A stretch of 53,445 nucleotides of DNA, counting the filler, from Thelocarpon superellum (taxonomy: Eukaryota), in NCBI GenBank assembly GCA_026025795.1. It is 2 parts of 2 records of this genome, joined end to end, with 100 filler letters (N's around TTAATTAATTAA, not from the genome) between each part and the next. Parts side by side here need not be neighbours in the genome. Positions count along the whole stretch, not along the records: positions 26,826 to 53,445 come from JAPEUG010000256.1; 1 more part is not named here. One strand, given 5' to 3'. Position 1 is the first letter of the stretch. The number at the start of each line of letters is the position of its first letter. The translations under genes and the position numbers were made by a program. The notes below the pieces were generated by a model that saw only the letters and a program-made list of their open reading frames with translations, made no database searches and was not told the DNA's origin. Below, in pieces: positions 48,194 through 53,445 of this stretch.

Positions 48194-51100
48194 ATGCGTG
48201 CGCAGACGGCCTCCTCGGCAGTGTACACGCGAGCGATGAACGCCGGCGGTCCCAGCCCTCTCGTCCAGACGCAGAGTCACCAGAGTATCGCGAGCCATCA
48301 CAGCATGCAGAGCCATCCGAGCCACCTCAGCGGCTACGCCCACACGTCCGCCCTCTCCGGCGCCAGCCTCGTCACCTCCCGTCCCGGCACCTTGCCCGCG
48401 CCGCCGCCCCACGTCAACGGCCACGCCGCGCCCGCGCCGCCGGCCAATGGCGCGCCTGTCATGGCCAGCGACAGCATCATCAATCAGGTGGCCGACTCGT
48501 CCAAGTCCCTCTACCAGATCTGCGTCAAGTTGCGCCAGCGGCTCAGCGAGGTGCCGGGCTTCCAGCAGCATCTCGAGGAGATGGAAGAGGACGATAGCGT
48601 CAGCGTCGACGAGCCCGTCGATCCGGTCGAGTCCATGTGGCGCTGCCTGCGGAAGGGATACCCGCTCATGACCGTCTACAACGCGCTCAACCCCCCGGCC
48701 CGGCTTGAGGTCGATCCCACCAAGGTGGCCGAGGCCAAACGCGCCAAGACGGCCTCCTTCAAGTTCGTGCAGGCCTGCCTCAGGGATCTCAACTTCCCGC
48801 CCGACGAGTGCTTCCTAATCATGGACCTGTACGGCGACGACACCACGGGCTTCGTCAAGGTCACCACCGTCGTCAACCGCGTGCTCGACATCCTGCAGCA
48901 GCGCAACCTGCTGATGCGGCCCGAGGTGCGCGACCCCACCACCGCCATCGAGCAGACGCAGAAGCGCACCCGGCGCGACTACGTCGTGAGCGAGCTGGTC
49001 AACACCGAGCGCAAGTACGTGCAGGACCTCGAGACGCTGCAGCAGTTCAAGAAGCTGGTCGAGGAGAAGGGCGAGGTGGCCGGCGACACCATCCACGCCA
49101 TCTTCCTCAATCTCAACGCCTTGCTCGATTTCCAGCGCCGCTTCCTCATCCGCATCGAGACCATGAACTCCCTCCCCGACGAGCAGCAGAACTGGGGCCA
49201 GCTCTTCACCCAGTACCACGACGCCTTTCGCGTCTACGAACCCTACATCGCCAACCAGCAGAACGCCGAGGAGCAGGCGATGCGCGAGTTCGACAAGCTG
49301 CAGAAGGTCGGCCACCGCATCACCAACGACCGCGCCACCTTGAGTGGCTTCCTGCTCAAGCCCTTCCAACGCCTCTCCAAATACCCGCTCTTGCTCAAGG
49401 TACTTGCCGAAGCCACGACCGCCGGCACCGCCGCGCCCCTGGCTCGCCCACTAACCCACGAGCAGGAGCTCCGCGACAAGTGCAATTCCGAAGAGCATCT
49501 CCGCGAAGACATCAGCAGCGGCATCGAGTCCGCCGCGGCCGTGCTGAAGCAAGCCAACGCGGCCATCGACAAGCAGCAACGCCAGCTGGCCGTCGACGAA
49601 TTGCGCACGCGCGTCGAGGAGTGGAAAGGCCACGACATCCAACAGTTTGGCGAGCTCCTGCTCTACGGCACCTTTACCGTCGTCAAGGGCGATGGCCGCA
49701 ATGACGTCGAGCGAGAGGTTCGTAACCCTTCCAGTCAGCGCACCTTCTTCCGCGCCCGGGGACGCCTGGTGTCCTGGCCCTTTTCCCGTGCCTCCTCCTC
49801 CTCCTCCTCCTCCCCCACGACGTCCACGTCCGAGGCCCTGCCCCAAGAGATGTCCGATCCCTTTGTCGTCCGCCCCGCACCTGGAGACCCGCCACTGCCG
49901 GAACGCCAAGGATCTGTGCCGGGGTCAAGCGCTTCGCTTGAGCCCACTTGCCCCGTTTTTGCTTCATCTTCATCTGCTTCACCGTGCCCCAGCCCCACGT
50001 CGCCCGACACACCCGACCTGATGTTGTCACCGACCGAGGAAGGGTTTCCCTCCGTCGGCCCCGACGCCCCTATCCCCACCGAGTCTTATGAGGGAGAGCC
50101 GCGCTCACCTGAAGACCCGTACCTGTCGCACCAGCTCACGCTGCAGCAAATCTTGGCGCAGGGTCCCCCGAGCGAGCCCTGCGGTTCCCCGCTCGTCAGC
50201 CCGGGCGAGCATGCCGCCGTGACCCTGGGCACGGGGATCTCGCCGTCGGACTCCAGCTGCACCATCACGCCCTCCACGGCGGGTTTGACGCGTGCGCCGG
50301 ACGCGGAGTCGACGGTGGACCCCGCCCCCAGCCTGGAGAGCCAGCCGGCCAAGGCGCGCGCCAGGAGTGCACCTACCACGCCGTCGTGGCGGCGCAAATT
50401 CTCCTGGACCTTTGGACCAGCCGAGGACGAGGAGGAGAAGCTGCAGCCCTTGCAGGACGGCACCGTACTCGTGGAGAAGCGTGCCGCGGACAACCCTGGC
50501 CTGGACCCATTGGAGAAGACGTATGCTAACGAGATCGGGGCGATTGCCCCGCGCTGCTACCAGTATAAGATCTTCCTCTTCGAACGTATCCTCCTCTGCT
50601 GCAAGGAGCAGAACCCGAACCGGCAGAAGAACAAGGTGATGAGCATGAACAAGCCAGCGCAGGACAAGAAGGGCAAGCCCAAGTTGCAGCTCAAGGGCCG
50701 CATCTTCATGCAGAATGTGACGGAGACCTTGTCCCTGCAGAAACCCGGTGCGTGGTCCATGCCGGGCGGCCCCGCCCTGGCCGCGTGCCGCGTGGCCATG
50801 TACTGATGCCCCTGCGTTGCTCTAGGCTCCTACACCATCCAGATCTTCTGGAAGGGCGACCCCGGCGTCGAGAACTTTGTCATCCGCTTCACCAACGAAG
50901 AGACGATGAAGAAGTGGTATGATCGGGTGGAGGAGCAGCGCAAGTTCTACACCGACGCATCCAAAGCCTCAGGCACGCGGATCGGCGGCGGCACGTCCGA
51001 CACCGAGTTTGCCTGGGTCAAGAACCAAGCCATCCCCAATCCGTATCAACAAGACGACGGCGACGATGACGACGAGGAAGACCTGCTGCCGGAGACTGGT

Positions 51101-52312
51101 TATCACGGCGGCAGCGCCAACGGCATCGCCGCCGCCAACGCCACGGCCAACCCCAACTCGGAATTCAACATGAGCCGGAATGCCTCCAACACCAGCCTGC
51201 GCTCGCGCTCGACCACGGGCGACAGCGGCGGCTCGGTGCTGACCAACGGCACGCGGGCGCCGCCGCCGCGCTTCCCCATGGGCTTCACGCCGCCGCCGGC
51301 GCTCACGCTGCACACGCAGATGTCGAGCAACATGCCGTCGCCCGGCGAGCAAGGCGGCGCGTCGTACTTTTCGCCCGCCGCCGAGTCGCCCGTGTCATCG
51401 CGGACCAGCTCGAGTAACGCGATGTATCCCTTCCCGCGTCAGGCGACGCCCAACGGCCACAACGGCTGGCCCGAGGAGCACAACCGCTTCACGGCGCCGG
51501 CCATGGGCCGGACGGCGATGCGGCCCTCGCTCCCGGCCATGGCGTCGCAGTCGGCCACGACGGCGCCGGTGACGCTGACGCAGCAGCGCTCGCGCTCGGC
51601 CAGCAGCCCGGACATTCACAATCGCATCATCTCCGGTCACCGGATGCCCAACGGGCAGGCGCAGCCGCCGGTGCCGGACGTGCCGATGCCGCCCTTGCCC
51701 GCGCACATCGCCTACATGAAGGGCCCGGTCAGCCGCAGCCCGAACCACTCGCCCACGAATCTGCCGAGCGGCCAGGCGCTCCCCAACCGCTCGTCGAATC
51801 ACTCGCCGGGGATGCCGCGCGACCGATCGCTGCAGCACCGCTACACGCAACCGCACGGCCACGAGCACGAGCGCCACGACGCGCCGCGCGCCTTCCTCCA
51901 GTCACGCAACACCACGCCCATCCCGGCGTCATCCATGGACAGCCGGCCGCCGACGTCGTCGGGCCCGATGGCCCCGCTGGCCCTGCCGCATGACCACCTG
52001 GCGGCGCCGACGCAGCTCAAGGTCAAGGTGTCGTTTGACAACAATTACGTGACGCTGGTGGTGGGCATGAACATCAGCTACCAGTCGCTGGTGGACCGGA
52101 TTGACGCCAAGCTGTCGCGCTTCACCACCCTGTCCATCGGCCGCGGCACCATCCGTTTGCGCTACCAGGACGAGGACGGAGACTTTGTGACGATCCGGTC
52201 GGACGAGGACATCCACATCGCCTTCACCGACTGGAAGGAGCAGCAACGCTCGCAGTTGATGCAGGGCCAACTGGGCGAGATCCAGCTCTACTGCCAAGGG
52301 CTGGAGACGTGA
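48194..52312 (+). CDS. CDC24: Cdc42/Rac GEF Cdc24/Scd1 (CH-DH-PH-PB1); exact start uncertain
   Basis: SKSLYQIC, LYGDDTTGFVKV, ELVNTERKYVQDLE (DH), LLKPFQRLSKYPLLL, YKIFLFERILLCCKE (PH) and LRYQDEDGDFVTI (PB1). Introns 49400-49465, 49718-50563 and 50748-50825. Confidence 0.96.
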
Positions 52313-52860
52313 TGGATCATTCCCCATCGGTCCGCTGCCGCTTGTGTCGCTTTGCACCGACCCAACGCGACCTCGACGACCTTTCCGATCTTCTCCAATC
52401 TCCCCCCATCCCTACCAGGGACCGTTCACCCCGCATTCCCCTGTGCGTGGTCGGACCATGTTCTCGAGCGCACTCGTACTCCCGTTATCATCGAAACTAC
52501 CACCAGACCATCGGTGCTACCTCTCGGCCACGCCCGGACTCCCTTCTCCTTACTCCTCATCTCCCTCCCTCAGCTCACGACCTACCAGCTGGGGGGTTCG
52601 TACTTCCCTTCTGCACCCTCCTTTCCTCGTCAGGCGAACGGAACCATCTGGCAGGGGTTGCGTCCGAGACGAGGTGGATCCGGACTCAGATTCGCATTCG
52701 GAATGGGTCTCGGGTGGACTTGGCGTTCTTCACTCTCATCTTCATTTCCCCCAAGACCATCTCCCATTTTCATTTCCCTCCATGACTGCGCGGACGGACC
52801 GAACATGAGCATGTGTGCATGTGGGGGGGGGTCTTCATCAGAAGGGTGACGATCAAGCGG

Positions 52861-52889
52861 TGGACTGGACTGGACTGGACTGGACTGGA
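52861..52889. repeat. (TGGAC)n pentanucleotide repeat downstream of CDC24
   Basis: Tandem TGGAC; a (TC)n run follows at about 53008-53030. Confidence 0.85.
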
Positions 52890-53445
52890 TGGCGGCCTTG
52901 ACATATTCTGCAGCGACACACCCCTCCACCCTGGAGATGAATGAACAGAGATGACATGATGTGACGGACATGACATGATGTGACACGCGTCTGATATTGG
53001 TCTCTCCTCTCTCTCTCTCTCTCTCTCTCTAGTAGTGCCCGGACTGTGATCTAGTGGGTGGTCCAGGAGCAACGATCCCCCAGGAAGATGCGACAAATAC
53101 CGTGGTACGTAAAAGAACAAGCGCCCGACAACCTTCCTTGCCCACGCGAACCACCACGATGCGCCATACTTGCCATGCACGAGTACCGCCGCCCCGGCAA
53201 CACGGGTGCCGTCGCATCACCGGCGCTTGAACGGACCTTTTAAATTCGGATATAATCTCGAGAGGTGGTAGTTGATGTTGTCCTTCGTGGTGACACGTTG
53301 GCTCTGAATCCGTAAGGGCGCCGTTAGCTGGCACGCCTAGATCGAGCGACAGATTGATGCGTAAAGAGGGCGGCATTCAAGAGATGCACCCACCGGCGTA
53401 TCCATGCACAACCGCAACTGCTGCTCGAGATTCGTACATCCCTGT

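Noticed and set aside
47825..50806. The 993-aa ORF as the literal Cdc24 protein
   Set aside because: It reads through two introns and into a third. The canonical product needs splicing and continues to 52312.

Overview
GC-rich genomic DNA from a filamentous ascomycete (Pezizomycotina-type genes, short GT..AG introns with CTRAC/CTAAC branch sites). The window is two assembled pieces joined by an artificial 100-bp spacer (N44-TTAATTAATTAA-N44, 26726-26825). The left piece carries an SRR1-domain gene, a probable solo LTR, MMM1, the GDP-mannose transporter VRG4, phosducin-like PLP1, a UBA/UIM protein, SAC3, NTA1, bHLH CBF1 and an uncharacterised secreted protein. The right piece starts with a relic NLR-type WD40 gene split by a complete but CpG-erased hAT transposon (12-bp TIRs, 8-bp TSD). 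A run of polarity/cytoskeleton genes follows: Uds1-domain coiled coil, DUF1992, nudF/LIS1, STU2/Alp14, F-box/WD40 FWD-1-like and CDC24. The most notable observation is an 846-nt, stop-free, frame-preserving intron inside the CDC24 PH domain that looks protein-coding (retained intron or exitron). Others are stop/start-overlapping uORFs on both genes of the divergent F-box/CDC24 pair, and a perfect double Cbf1-site palindrome in the SAC3/NTA1 promoter. All gene calls are by-eye motif recognition and no database searches were run.
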